A stretch of 64,000 nt of DNA from a virus. The stretch is taken from the IMG/VR virus record IMGVR_UViG_3300027736_000021; one strand, 5' to 3'. The notes beneath the pieces were generated by a model. It did not search any database, was not told where the DNA came from, and worked only from the letters and a program-made list of their open reading frames with translations. The translations under genes were made by a program, and so were the position numbers. Below are positions 10,173 to 20,222 of the stretch, piece after piece (position 1 is the first letter of the stretch; each line of letters begins with the position of its first letter).

Positions 10173-11534
10173 ATGGCTGGAAAAATAATCGTTTCAACAT
10201 TACAATCTGATACCGATAACAGTATTTCGTTTGTCGCAAATACTGGTGCAACCATATTCTCTGCGAATATATCACATGGTATTGCAGGTTCATTTATTGC
10301 CAATGGTTCAATTACTGGTGCTAAGATTGCTTTAGGTACTATTACGGGTGATGATATTGCCACTGGACAAATCACTGGTAATTTACTCACAGCTAATTGT
10401 GTATCAGGAAATAATATTGTAGCTAATACTATATCTAATACTTCAATTCAAACTGGTGCAGTTGAGAATTATATGACAGCTCAAGGTTTAGATTTTGGTA
10501 TGCGGAATAGAATTATTAACGGTACCATGGTGATTGACCAGCGTAATGCTGGCGCAAATACTATTATTTCTTCAAATGCGCCATATACAGTTGACCGTTG
10601 GAGAGCACAAATTTCTCAGCATAACGGAACAATGAATGTTCGCCAAGATTCAACTTCAACCGTTGGATTTACCAAATCATTACGAGCAATTGTAACAACT
10701 GCAAATACATCTTTACCTGCTACTTCAGTAACTAGAGTTTGGACAAATATTGAAGGACTGAATGTTGCTGATTTAGGATTTGGAACAGCTAATGCTAAGC
10801 CAGTTACTCTATCATTTTTTGTTCGGTCAAGTAATACAGGAACATTTAGTGGTGCATTAACAAATTATGACGAAAATCGTTCTTATCCTTTTGAATATAC
10901 TATTAATACAGTTAATACATTTGAGAAGAAAACTATCACAATACCTGGTGACACTTCAGGCAATTGGTCAAGTAACACAGAAGGTTCATTTGCATTAAAC
11001 TTTAGTTTAGGTACAGGAACAACTAATCTTGGTACCGCAAATGCTTGGACAGGTTCTTGGAAAGTTGGCACAACCGGAAGTTTCTCGTTAGCAGGTGTTT
11101 TGAATGCTACTTGGTATTTAACTGGAGTCCAATTGGAAGAAGGCTCTGTTCCAACTTCTTTTGAATATCGCCAACACACTACTGAATTGGCTTTGTGTCA
11201 GAGGTATTACTATAAAATTAAATCTCTTGGAACTGGTTACGACTACGCTCTTGGTTATGCAGTAAGTTCGACTGTTTATAGGGACTTTACTCCATTTCCA
11301 GTAACTATGAGGACTAATCCAACTTCTTTAGAACAAACTGGAACAGCATCAGATTATTCAGTTCGTGCGCCAGCATCAACAGTTACTTGTTCAGCAGTTC
11401 CTTTTTATTATGGTGGTATAACCAACGGTGCAGTAACAGAATATACAGTAGCATCAGGTCTTACTACTGGTCAAGGTTCAAGTTCAAGATTTCCTAATGT
11501 AAACGGCTATGTTGCATGGAGTGCAGAACTATGA
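10173..11534 (+). CDS. tail fibre/adhesin, MRNRIING..SAEL family, copy 3
   Basis: Paralogous module, ends WSAEL. Confidence 0.75.
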   Translation: MAGKIIVSTLQSDTDNSISFVANTGATIFSANISHGIAGSFIANGSITGAKIALGTITGDDIATGQITGNLLTANCVSGNNIVANTISNTSIQTGAVENYMTAQGLDFGMRNRIINGTMVIDQRNAGANTIISSNAPYTVDRWRAQISQHNGTMNVRQDSTSTVGFTKSLRAIVTTANTSLPATSVTRVWTNIEGLNVADLGFGTANAKPVTLSFFVRSSNTGTFSGALTNYDENRSYPFEYTINTVNTFEKKTITIPGDTSGNWSSNTEGSFALNFSLGTGTTNLGTANAWTGSWKVGTTGSFSLAGVLNATWYLTGVQLEEGSVPTSFEYRQHTTELALCQRYYYKIKSLGTGYDYALGYAVSSTVYRDFTPFPVTMRTNPTSLEQTGTASDYSVRAPASTVTCSAVPFYYGGITNGAVTEYTVASGLTTGQGSSSRFPNVNGYVAWSAEL

Positions 11535-11734
11535 TTTATAAATTACTCACAATAACCGAAGATGGTTTTAAAATACTTGCTCGAATAGATGACGATGGTT
11601 TATGTCGTTTAACTTGCACAGCACAAAATCCTGAGTTTCAAACACACATCAAAGCTGGTGCAGAACTGCAAGATGCCGATGGGAATGTGATGACACAAGC
11701 TGAAGCTGATGCGTTCATTGGAACACTTCCATAA
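11531..11734 (+). CDS. small tail-fibre chaperone-like protein
   Basis: ATGA overlap with SAEL gene; GAELQDADGNVMT. Confidence 0.65.
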   Translation: MIYKLLTITEDGFKILARIDDDGLCRLTCTAQNPEFQTHIKAGAELQDADGNVMTQAEADAFIGTLP

Positions 11735-11757
11735 TTAACCAGAATAAATAGACCAAT

Positions 11758-12096
11758 ATGCCAATCTCTCGCATCAATAATAATTCTATTGCCAATAATA
11801 CCATTGTTGCATCCGACTTAGCCGCTGGTTCTGTTACTGGTGATAAACTCGGTTTGACCGCAATCAATGCTAATAATGTGGTTGATGCTTCAATTACCGC
11901 TGCTAAATTAGCTGCAGGTGCAGGTGGTCAGTTTCTTGATAATCAAGCTGTTCATGTAGTGTATTTTAATGGCCAAAATCTTACATCAAATATTTCTGTG
12001 TCAGCAAATCAAAATGCGTTTACAGCGGGACCATTTACTATTGATGCTCCATATCAAGTAACATTGAACGCTGGTTCTACTTGGGTAATTCTATAA
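11758..12096 (+). CDS. small virion structural protein
   Basis: NA.TAGP.TI..STWVIL C-terminus paralogous to 6514..6939. Confidence 0.6.
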   Translation: MPISRINNNSIANNTIVASDLAAGSVTGDKLGLTAINANNVVDASITAAKLAAGAGGQFLDNQAVHVVYFNGQNLTSNISVSANQNAFTAGPFTIDAPYQVTLNAGSTWVIL

Positions 12097-12647
12097 TGGC
12101 AAATTTAAAATTAAAAAATCCTGCTGGCGGTTCATTAAACTTTGTAAGTGCTGATGGTGCTTCAGATTTAACAGTTACATTTCCAGCAAGAACTGGTACT
12201 GCAATGGTTAGTGGCAATATGCCAGCGTTTCACGCTTGGAATAACAGCTCTTTTTCTTCGGTTGGAACAACAAATACAAAAATGGTTTTTGATTCTGTCG
12301 ATTCTAGTGGCGGTGGTTTTGATACAAACAATAATTACAGCACGGCAAATTCAAGATTTACACCTACTGTTGCTGGATACTATCAAATAGGTGGTTCGAT
12401 TTGGGTAAATTCTCCGTCTAGTAACACTATTTTAACTCTGTATAAAAATGGTGGTGCGTTTAAAGAATTAAATCGTTTAAATTATTCAACTGGTGCATTG
12501 GGCATGAATGGTTCTGTTTTAGTATATGCAAATGGAACAACTGATTATTTTGAACTTTATTCATATACAACTAATACAACAACAATAGGCGGAACTGGAA
12601 ACAATGCTTATTTGTGGTTTTATGGTTCTATGATTCGGAGTGCATAA
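12096..12647 (+). CDS. fibre protein with C1q/TNF-like domain, copy 2
   Basis: MVSGNMPAF..RFTPTVAGYYQ..NGTTDYFE. Confidence 0.7.
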   Translation: MANLKLKNPAGGSLNFVSADGASDLTVTFPARTGTAMVSGNMPAFHAWNNSSFSSVGTTNTKMVFDSVDSSGGGFDTNNNYSTANSRFTPTVAGYYQIGGSIWVNSPSSNTILTLYKNGGAFKELNRLNYSTGALGMNGSVLVYANGTTDYFELYSYTTNTTTIGGTGNNAYLWFYGSMIRSA

Positions 12648-12829
12648 TGACTTTATATGAAAAAATTATTGCAATTTATCCTGATTTAACTGAATCAGAT
12701 TTTTTGCCGTTTACAGGCACAATCCAATTACAAAACGATTCAGACGGCAAAGGCGATTACATTGCCAAATGGGAACACCCTACTTTAACTAGACCAACAC
12801 AAATCCAACTTGATGGGGTAACAGAATAA
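12647..12829 (+). CDS. XkdW-like small chaperone, copy 2
   Basis: LQNDSDGKGDYIAKWEHPTLTRPT. Confidence 0.65.
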   Translation: MTLYEKIIAIYPDLTESDFLPFTGTIQLQNDSDGKGDYIAKWEHPTLTRPTQIQLDGVTE

Positions 12830-13335
12830 TGCCATTAATTTTAGATGGAAACGGAGATATAACAGGATTAGTTGCGGGTGCATTGCCATCAACTGTGATT
12901 GGTGCTGGAGGTGTGTTGCAAGTGGTTTATGGTTCAACCACAACTCAAGTAGAGGCATCTTATAGCTCAGCAACGGATTTAGGATTATCGGCAAGCATTA
13001 CTCCTACATCTTCTTCTAGCAAAATTCTTGTTTTAGTTTCAGCAAACGGATTAGGGACAAGAAATAATGCAACATATTGGGATGGATATTTGATAAGAGG
13101 CTCTACAAATATTGGTGCTTTTTGTAATTACATGACTTCTTATACAGGCGGTCAAATCACATTTAGTGCTGGCAGTTTATGTGTTTTAGATTCTCCAGCA
13201 ACAACTTCTTCTACAACTTATAAATTGCAAGGAATTAGAAGAACTGGTTCAGATAATTGTATTTTTAATATAACAACTGGAAATGCTGGAACTGGAACTG
13301 TATCAACAATTACTTTGCTGGAGATTGCGGCATGA
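12829..13335 (+). CDS. short fibre/adhesin protein
   Basis: GGVLQVV..LSASITPTSSSSKILV..LDSPATTSSTTYK..ITLLEIAA motif. Confidence 0.65.
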   Translation: MPLILDGNGDITGLVAGALPSTVIGAGGVLQVVYGSTTTQVEASYSSATDLGLSASITPTSSSSKILVLVSANGLGTRNNATYWDGYLIRGSTNIGAFCNYMTSYTGGQITFSAGSLCVLDSPATTSSTTYKLQGIRRTGSDNCIFNITTGNAGTGTVSTITLLEIAA

Positions 13336-13607
13336 TTGATAACAACACAGCTATATTCAAACTATATCCGCAAGTCGATATGATTCGTGGCGATGTTGCT
13401 TACGATGCTAATAACAATGTTGTAGTGTATGATACTGAAGCTGTTCAGGCCTATGTAGATGCTCACGCATATATTGCCAAGCGTCAAGCAGAATACCCAA
13501 ACCTACTGGACTATATTGATGGTGTTGTGAAAGGTGACCAAGCACAAATTGATGCCTATATTGCAGCCTGCCAGGCCGTTAAGACTAAATATCCAAAACC
13601 AGAGTAA
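13332..13607 (+). CDS. tail-fibre chaperone-like protein
   Basis: Y..KRQAEYP..AVKTKYPKP motif. Confidence 0.65.
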   Translation: MIDNNTAIFKLYPQVDMIRGDVAYDANNNVVVYDTEAVQAYVDAHAYIAKRQAEYPNLLDYIDGVVKGDQAQIDAYIAACQAVKTKYPKPE

Positions 13608-13610
13608 ACT

Positions 13611-14129
13611 ATGAGCGTCTTAAAATTAAATCAAATACAAACAGCTAGTGGCGTCATTATGGCTAACCTTAATTCCAGCGGAGCAAATGTTGGAATTCAA
13701 TTAGCATCCAATTTAGCACCAGCGTTTAGTGCTTATCAATCTTCCGCACAAAGCGTTTCTGGTGGCGCTTGGACAAAAATACAATTCCAAACAGAAGATT
13801 TCGATACAGCTAGTTGTTTTGATAGTTCAACTAACTACAGATTTACACCTAATGTTGCTGGTTATTATCAAGTAACTGGGAGAATCAGACCAAATTCAAC
13901 TAACGGAGAAGCGGAGATAGGAATTTATAAAAACGGCTCTGCTTGGTTTCATGGTTCAAATGTTAATGTCAGTTCAGGAAATCAATGGGGTGTTCTTGGT
14001 ACTGGATTGCTTTATATGAACGGATCAACAGATTATGTTGAAATATATCTTTATGTAACCAATTCTTGCACAGTAAGCACCTCACGACAGAACACATATT
14101 TTCAAGCATTCTTAGCAAGGACTGCATAA
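13611..14129 (+). CDS. fibre protein with C1q/TNF-like domain, copy 3
   Basis: PAFSAY..YRFTPNVAGYYQV..MNGSTDYVE. Confidence 0.7.
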   Translation: MSVLKLNQIQTASGVIMANLNSSGANVGIQLASNLAPAFSAYQSSAQSVSGGAWTKIQFQTEDFDTASCFDSSTNYRFTPNVAGYYQVTGRIRPNSTNGEAEIGIYKNGSAWFHGSNVNVSSGNQWGVLGTGLLYMNGSTDYVEIYLYVTNSCTVSTSRQNTYFQAFLARTA

Positions 14130-14305
14130 TGACTTTATACGAAAAGATTATTCAGCTATATCCTGAATTAGCAACATATAATTTTGCTCATGGCGATATC
14201 ACACTACAAAACGATTCAGATGGCAAAGGTGACTATATCAAGTCTTGGAATCACCCAACATTAACACAACCAACTCAGTCGCAGTTGGACGCTATTACAG
14301 AATAA
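14129..14305 (+). CDS. XkdW-like small chaperone, copy 3
   Basis: LYPEL..LQNDSDGKGDYIKSWNHPTL. Confidence 0.65.
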   Translation: MTLYEKIIQLYPELATYNFAHGDITLQNDSDGKGDYIKSWNHPTLTQPTQSQLDAITE

Positions 14306-14324
14306 CTGATACCAGTTTAACAAC

Positions 14325-14352
14325 AAAACCCTCACTTGTTGAGGGTTTTTTT
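14325..14352 (+). terminator. intrinsic terminator ending the adhesin cassette array
   Basis: AAAACCCTCA-cttgt-TGAGGGTTTT hairpin plus T run. Confidence 0.8.
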
Positions 14353-14417
14353 ATTACCGTCAATACCCAATTAGACTAAATAGAGAGTAAATCTAGTCAA
14401 ATTCAAGGAGAACTAAA

Positions 14418-14750
14418 ATCGCTGCTTTCACGGAAATCCTCATCGAGCAGGGTGCAACTTTTTCCACCACAGTTAATGTAGAAGATACAGCTGGAGCTGC
14501 TATCAATCTGTTTGGTTACTCTGCTTCATCTCAAATGCGTAAATCATATTACGCAACATCAAATACAATAATTACTTCAACCATTACTGGTAATGCTAAT
14601 GGTGAAATTACTCTTTCTATGACGGCAGCAAATACTGCCAATTTGACACCTGGTCGATCCGTTTTCGACCTTCTAATCACCTCACCAACTGGAGTAAAAA
14701 CTCGTGTGATTGAAGGAGTTATTGTGATATCGCCAGGAGTTACAAGATAA
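14418..14750 (+). CDS. conserved T4-like virion protein (IEQGATF..QMRKSY family), probable ATC start
   Basis: (I/M)AAFTEILIEQGATFSTTVNV..QMRKSYY..TRVIEG..PGVTR; AAGGAG SD before ATC; in-frame TAG at 14394. Confidence 0.7.
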   Translation: MAAFTEILIEQGATFSTTVNVEDTAGAAINLFGYSASSQMRKSYYATSNTIITSTITGNANGEITLSMTAANTANLTPGRSVFDLLITSPTGVKTRVIEGVIVISPGVTR

Positions 14751-14998
14751 TGGCAGTTAATGCAAGAGTAAACACAACTGGTAACATAGGACAAGTTAAG
14801 TTAACACAACAAACTCGGTCAACGATTGCTGCTCAAAACTTTGCTCCTAAGCCAAATGTAGCATTAACTGAGTTAACAGATATGAATATTGCATCTGTTC
14901 AAGACAAGCAAGTAATTCAATTCAATTCTGCAACAGGTAAATTTGAAGCCAATACTGTTACTGCTACGGTTGTTGCAGTTAATGGTGGCTCGTTTTAA
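14750..14998 (+). CDS. small fibre-associated protein
   Basis: LTELTDMN..IQFNSATGKFEA, ends GGSF. Confidence 0.6.
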   Translation: MAVNARVNTTGNIGQVKLTQQTRSTIAAQNFAPKPNVALTELTDMNIASVQDKQVIQFNSATGKFEANTVTATVVAVNGGSF

Positions 14999-17862
14999 TG
15001 GCAAATACATTAATACAATTAAAGTCATCCACATCTAATGCGGCTCCAACCACATTAAATGTAGCTGAACCTGCGTATTCGTATGTAAGTAATACCCTAT
15101 TCATTGGTACTGCCGGTGGTACTGGCGTATTGCCTATTGGCGGACAGTTCTATGTAGCACAACAACAAACAATTTATAATACTGTAAATGCGGCTTTTGC
15201 AGCTGCTAATACAGGTAGTTCAGCCAACTCTGCAAGTTCTTATGCTAACTCATCATTTGCAGTTGCCAACTCCGCAGCACTATATGCCAACGCAGCTTTC
15301 TTAGCTGCTAACAATGCTTCAGATAGTTGGGTTCGCAACCAAGCAAACGCTGCCTTTATTCAAGCTAATGCGGCCTTTACTGCTGCTAACAATGCTTCAG
15401 ATACTTGGGTAAGAACACAGGCAAACTCTGCGTTCAATCAGGCTAATGCGGCTTTCTTACAAGCCAATACTCCTAGTAATGTTGCTAATTCAGCTGCAAG
15501 TTATGCTAATGCTGCCTTTATTGCAGCTAACACAAAATTAAGTTTATCTGGTGGTACAATTACAGGACCAATTAGTGGATTAGGAAATTCTAAACTAGAT
15601 TTTACTACTTACGGTTCCAACACCGCATATCTAACAACTACTAATGATGATTCTACTGCATTGTTTATCGGTGCGGTTACTGCTGAGTTATACGCTAATA
15701 CAAGTGTTAGTATTAGAGCCAATACTAAAGGAACATCACAGACATGGACATTTGGTGAAGATGGCACATTAACTTTACCAGCAAGCGGAACAATTTCTGG
15801 ATTAAAAGATGTAAACATTACTGGCAACTTGACTGTTGTTGGTACTACAACCTACGCAAATACGCAGACTGTATTAATTGCTGATAACATTCTAACACTC
15901 AATGCAGCTATTAGTCAATCTGGACAACCAGTAGTAAATGCTGGTATTGAAGTTGATAGAGGCGCTCAACCAAATGCACAGTTTATTTGGGTTGAATCTG
16001 CTGGTAAGTGGTCTGCAAACAATGGGAATGGGTCATTCTATATTGCGGCTGATTCGGCAGAAACTTATGCTAATGCAGCTTTCTTAAAAGCCAATACACC
16101 AAACTATGTTGCTAACTCAGCAGCATCATATGCTAACGCAGCCTTTATTCAGGCTAATGCGGCCTTTACTGCTGCTAATAATGCAGGCGGTACAGTATCA
16201 GGTAACACAATAAACCTTGGTTCAAACACAGTTGGTCTTTTAGTAAGTAATGCAGTAACACTTACAACAACAACAAAAGTAACTGATGGTTTGGCATTAA
16301 TTAATAATGTGTTAGGTAAATTAGTTCCACCTGGCCCACCTGCTTTCCCATCTTCTAATACTATTTCTATTGCTTCTGTATCTTCTTACAGAATGACAAA
16401 CTTCAGTCAGACAGATAGAACATCAAGTAGTCGTGGTGTTGCTGCTGGCACAACAGTTACAAATACAAGACGAGCTGCAACATATTCAATTACGCCAACT
16501 ATTCCAGACCAAGGTCCAGGTGATAGTGGTACTTTATCATTATATGTCAATGGTGCAAACACCGTTGCCTACACATTTACATCTTCAAGTGCCAATGGTA
16601 CATACACAAGTGGTGGTCACTCATTAGTTATTTCTGATAGCGTTGATTATGGTTCTAAGATTGTAGGTACTGCACAAGGCTTCTGGAGAAGTTTTGATTG
16701 TAGTGCCAACGGCACCGTATCAAATGGTTGGAACGAATTATACATTACTCATAGTGGCGCTTCTTCTACCAATACTCCATTCTGGTATTATGATGATAGT
16801 GCGCCAGGTACTGTTACTATTAATAACGGAAGTTTGACAGTTAACTCAGCTGCATACTCCAACTCATCTACAATTCCACACTATACAAGTGCCACATTAT
16901 TCAATCTTGGATTTAATATCTCTAAGTTAAGTGGCGATATGTATCCAACTAGTGATACATTTGTTGCCTCTGCAGCTGGTGGTGCATTTGGTGCCAACGC
17001 TGGCGTAACGTATGCACAAGCAGGCATCACAACACCACTTGTAAGAAATCTTTATGTTTCAAGTGGTCAAGCAACAGTCAACTTAACATCAGCAATTGTT
17101 TCAGGTTTTAGTAATAGTGCTACAGGCGTTGTTGTAACTGGTCAAAACAGTTATACCGCAGGCACATTATCAGTAACTCCAGGTGTTACTATTCAATACA
17201 AAACAGGCAATACAAGTTCCAATACTGTAATTGGCGGTGAAGATAATCTATTCTTTGGCTCAACAGTTGGTACCGGATCAACAGCGGCGTTTCGTATCGT
17301 CAATCCTGGTTCAACGGATAATCCTGCATATGCGAATGGTGCATCAGCATTTAACTCGACCTCTGGTACATTGGAAGCATATGATGCCACAGTAGTTGCC
17401 GCTACATTAAAACATGATATAACAAATTACTCCACAGGTTACTTGCCTGTTGGTCCAAATTTAAGTTCAGGCCGCTCAGGTCCACAATATTTTACATTCA
17501 AATTTGTTAGAACATCTTTGTCCAAATTTGATATTCAATTTACAGGTAATACTGCTGGTGTTTGGGTAGCCGCACCAGGAACTGTAATTGATTCCACTTC
17601 TTCGTTGAATGGCTGGTTGTCCATGACTACTGCATATGCAGGCTCTGGAATTCCAGGTGCTAATGCTCCAGGTAATGGTAGCAATGGTTGTGCTTTGGGT
17701 GGAACAATTACTGCAAATACAGCAGTTACAACACACAGAAAGACTTGCACATTCGGTACAGTATCAACATCTAATTCCACAGGTAATGAAGTTTATGTAA
17801 GAATTAAATTGTTGGCTGGTCAGACTATTACTGCACTTTCATTACAAACAGCGAATAATTAA
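14998..17862 (+). CDS. long tail fibre-like protein, 954 aa
   Basis: MANTLIQLKSS N-terminus, ANSA/ANAAF heptads, large beta-rich C-terminal part. Confidence 0.7.
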   Translation: MANTLIQLKSSTSNAAPTTLNVAEPAYSYVSNTLFIGTAGGTGVLPIGGQFYVAQQQTIYNTVNAAFAAANTGSSANSASSYANSSFAVANSAALYANAAFLAANNASDSWVRNQANAAFIQANAAFTAANNASDTWVRTQANSAFNQANAAFLQANTPSNVANSAASYANAAFIAANTKLSLSGGTITGPISGLGNSKLDFTTYGSNTAYLTTTNDDSTALFIGAVTAELYANTSVSIRANTKGTSQTWTFGEDGTLTLPASGTISGLKDVNITGNLTVVGTTTYANTQTVLIADNILTLNAAISQSGQPVVNAGIEVDRGAQPNAQFIWVESAGKWSANNGNGSFYIAADSAETYANAAFLKANTPNYVANSAASYANAAFIQANAAFTAANNAGGTVSGNTINLGSNTVGLLVSNAVTLTTTTKVTDGLALINNVLGKLVPPGPPAFPSSNTISIASVSSYRMTNFSQTDRTSSSRGVAAGTTVTNTRRAATYSITPTIPDQGPGDSGTLSLYVNGANTVAYTFTSSSANGTYTSGGHSLVISDSVDYGSKIVGTAQGFWRSFDCSANGTVSNGWNELYITHSGASSTNTPFWYYDDSAPGTVTINNGSLTVNSAAYSNSSTIPHYTSATLFNLGFNISKLSGDMYPTSDTFVASAAGGAFGANAGVTYAQAGITTPLVRNLYVSSGQATVNLTSAIVSGFSNSATGVVVTGQNSYTAGTLSVTPGVTIQYKTGNTSSNTVIGGEDNLFFGSTVGTGSTAAFRIVNPGSTDNPAYANGASAFNSTSGTLEAYDATVVAATLKHDITNYSTGYLPVGPNLSSGRSGPQYFTFKFVRTSLSKFDIQFTGNTAGVWVAAPGTVIDSTSSLNGWLSMTTAYAGSGIPGANAPGNGSNGCALGGTITANTAVTTHRKTCTFGTVSTSNSTGNEVYVRIKLLAGQTITALSLQTANN

Positions 17863-18423
17863 ATGGCAATTTTAGATTCCGCAAAAGTCGACCTACTATA
17901 CAAAAAGCTCTTTGGTGTTGCTAAGACAGACACACCTGTTAATAAGGGTGCAAGTAATGAATCTATTGCTAGTCCTGCAATTAATCGTGGTGACAAAATT
18001 TGGACACAGGCATCAAGCATACCTGGAACTGCTGCGGCCGTTACTGGTATTGTTGAAGCATACCAAACAACTTCGGCTGTTCAATGTACCGCAGACACAA
18101 CATCAACTGCTATCAGTAGCGTTTTTCCAACTTGGAAAACTAATCTAACCGATTGGATTCCACCAGAGTTTGGTTCAACATACTTTGTGGCAGTCTATGC
18201 TGACACTTCAGGAGCAGCAAATCCTGTATCAACTGGAACACAAATGTTTGATTCTGGTATTGGTGGTGTAGGTGAGTGGTTCTTTGATTATCAATCAGGT
18301 GTATTAAATTTCATTGGTGGCACAATTCCAGCCACACTAACATCCGCTAAAGTTGTCTATGTTACAGGCTACAGATATGTTGGAGAAATAGGAATACAAA
18401 CAATTAAAGGTGGTAGTTTCTAA
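17863..18423 (+). CDS. fibre-associated structural protein
   Basis: KVDLLYKK..WFFDYQSGVLNF..GYRYVG, ends GGSF. Confidence 0.6.
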   Translation: MAILDSAKVDLLYKKLFGVAKTDTPVNKGASNESIASPAINRGDKIWTQASSIPGTAAAVTGIVEAYQTTSAVQCTADTTSTAISSVFPTWKTNLTDWIPPEFGSTYFVAVYADTSGAANPVSTGTQMFDSGIGGVGEWFFDYQSGVLNFIGGTIPATLTSAKVVYVTGYRYVGEIGIQTIKGGSF

Positions 18424-18481
18424 CTACCGCAAAACATAAATAGCGAATAAAGAGCCTTACCCAATAGAGGATAACTAAAAA

Positions 18482-20197
18482 ATGGCAAATACAGTAATTC
18501 AACTAAAATTTTCTGACGTAACGTCAGCACCAGTATCACTTAATGTTGGTGAGGCGGCGTATTCAAATACATCACAAAAATTATTCATTGGTGACACAGC
18601 AAATAATGTCCTCACCATTGGTGGTAAATTTTTCACAGACCAACAAGGTCTAATATTCACAAAAACTAACGTAGCGTTTGATACTGCCAATAGTGCGGCT
18701 TCTTATGCTAATTCGGCTTTTGCATCTTCTAATAATAACGCTGGTGCAGCTACCGCAGGTTCATATGCTAACTCAGCATTTGCTACTGCAAATTCGGCAG
18801 GTGCTTATGCAAACTCTGGCTTTACTGCGGCTAATACGGCAGATGCTAAAGCCGTTTCAGCTGGATCTTATGGTAACTCGGCATTTACAACTGCTAATAC
18901 TGCTGATGCTAAAGCCGTTTCAGCTGGTGTATATGGTAATTCTGCATTTGCAACTGCTAATACTGCTGATGCTAAAGCCGTTTCTGCTGGTTCGTATGCC
19001 AACTCAGCATTTCTAACTGCTAATACTCCAACTCATGTTGCAAATTCAGCTGCTAGTTATGCTAATGCAGCTTTCACATCGGCTAACTCTGCATTTACTC
19101 GTGCTAATAACAGTATCAATGCAAACACAGGCGGTACGATTACCGCTGACTTGGTTATTACTGGTAACTTAACAGTTCAAGGTAATACAACTTATGTTAA
19201 TACACAAACAATCACCACACAAGATTCATTAATTCGTCTTGCTAATAACAATACTGCTGGTGATACAGTTGATATTGGTATTTACGGTGCATATAATCCT
19301 GGTAGTGGTGTAAAGTATACTGGTCTTGTTAGACAAGCTGGTGCAAATTATTTCTTATTTCAAAATTTATCTACTGACCCAACTTCAAACGTATTAGCTC
19401 CAGGATCATTAACTGCTGCTAACACGGGCACATTGACTGCCAATTTAACTTCATATGCAGTTTCAATTAACGGCATTGATGTTGAAACAAATCAAACAAG
19501 AATCTTCACACAAGCAAATTCAGCATTTACAACTGCCAACTCAGCAGGTGTCTATGGTAACTCTGCATTTGCAGCTGCTAATACCGCTAGTTCAACTGGC
19601 ACATCTGCTGGTGTTTATGCCAATTCAGCATTCCTTGCAGCTAACACAGCAGACACTAAGGCCACTTCAGCTGGTGTATACGGCAACTCCGCTTTTGCAG
19701 CTGCCAATACAGCTGACGCTAAAGCAACATCGGCTGGTTCATATGCCAACTCTGCCTTCACATCTGCAAATAGTTCTGGTGTATATGCTAACTCCGCTTT
19801 CTCATCTGCTAATACTGCTGATGTTAAAGCAACATCGGCTGGTGTGTATGCTAACTCAGCATTTGCAGCTGCTAATACCGATTTCACCAACTTAACAATT
19901 ACTGCTGCTCACCACGGTACTGCATCGGCAGTTGCTTCGTTTAAAGTTGAAGCAAATGGTCGTATTAGTTCTGCAAACAATACTGCAATTGCAATTGATA
20001 CCGCTGCGATTACTTCAGGTACACTAGGTGTTGCACGAGGCGGTACTGGTGCTGGTACATTCACAAACAATGGTGTTTTGTTAGGTCAAGGTACTTCTGC
20101 ATTTAGCACGGCATCATCGGCAACAGAAGGCCATGTGTTGACAATTAATGCTTCTGGTGTTCCAACCTTCTCTCATTTACAAGGCGGAACATTCTAA
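18482..20197 (+). CDS. tail fibre-like protein with ANSA repeats
   Basis: MANTVIQLK, ~21-aa tandem repeats, GTLGVARGGTG, ends GGTF. Confidence 0.7.
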   Translation: MANTVIQLKFSDVTSAPVSLNVGEAAYSNTSQKLFIGDTANNVLTIGGKFFTDQQGLIFTKTNVAFDTANSAASYANSAFASSNNNAGAATAGSYANSAFATANSAGAYANSGFTAANTADAKAVSAGSYGNSAFTTANTADAKAVSAGVYGNSAFATANTADAKAVSAGSYANSAFLTANTPTHVANSAASYANAAFTSANSAFTRANNSINANTGGTITADLVITGNLTVQGNTTYVNTQTITTQDSLIRLANNNTAGDTVDIGIYGAYNPGSGVKYTGLVRQAGANYFLFQNLSTDPTSNVLAPGSLTAANTGTLTANLTSYAVSINGIDVETNQTRIFTQANSAFTTANSAGVYGNSAFAAANTASSTGTSAGVYANSAFLAANTADTKATSAGVYGNSAFAAANTADAKATSAGSYANSAFTSANSSGVYANSAFSSANTADVKATSAGVYANSAFAAANTDFTNLTITAAHHGTASAVASFKVEANGRISSANNTAIAIDTAAITSGTLGVARGGTGAGTFTNNGVLLGQGTSAFSTASSATEGHVLTINASGVPTFSHLQGGTF

Positions 20198-20222
20198 ATT
20201 ATTATCGTGAAAAGGAGTTATT

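Noticed and set aside
2157-14305. Diversity-generating retroelement or shufflon in the fibre array
   Set aside because: No reverse transcriptase or invertase in the window; repeats are direct, lie within genes and show no adenine-specific mismatches
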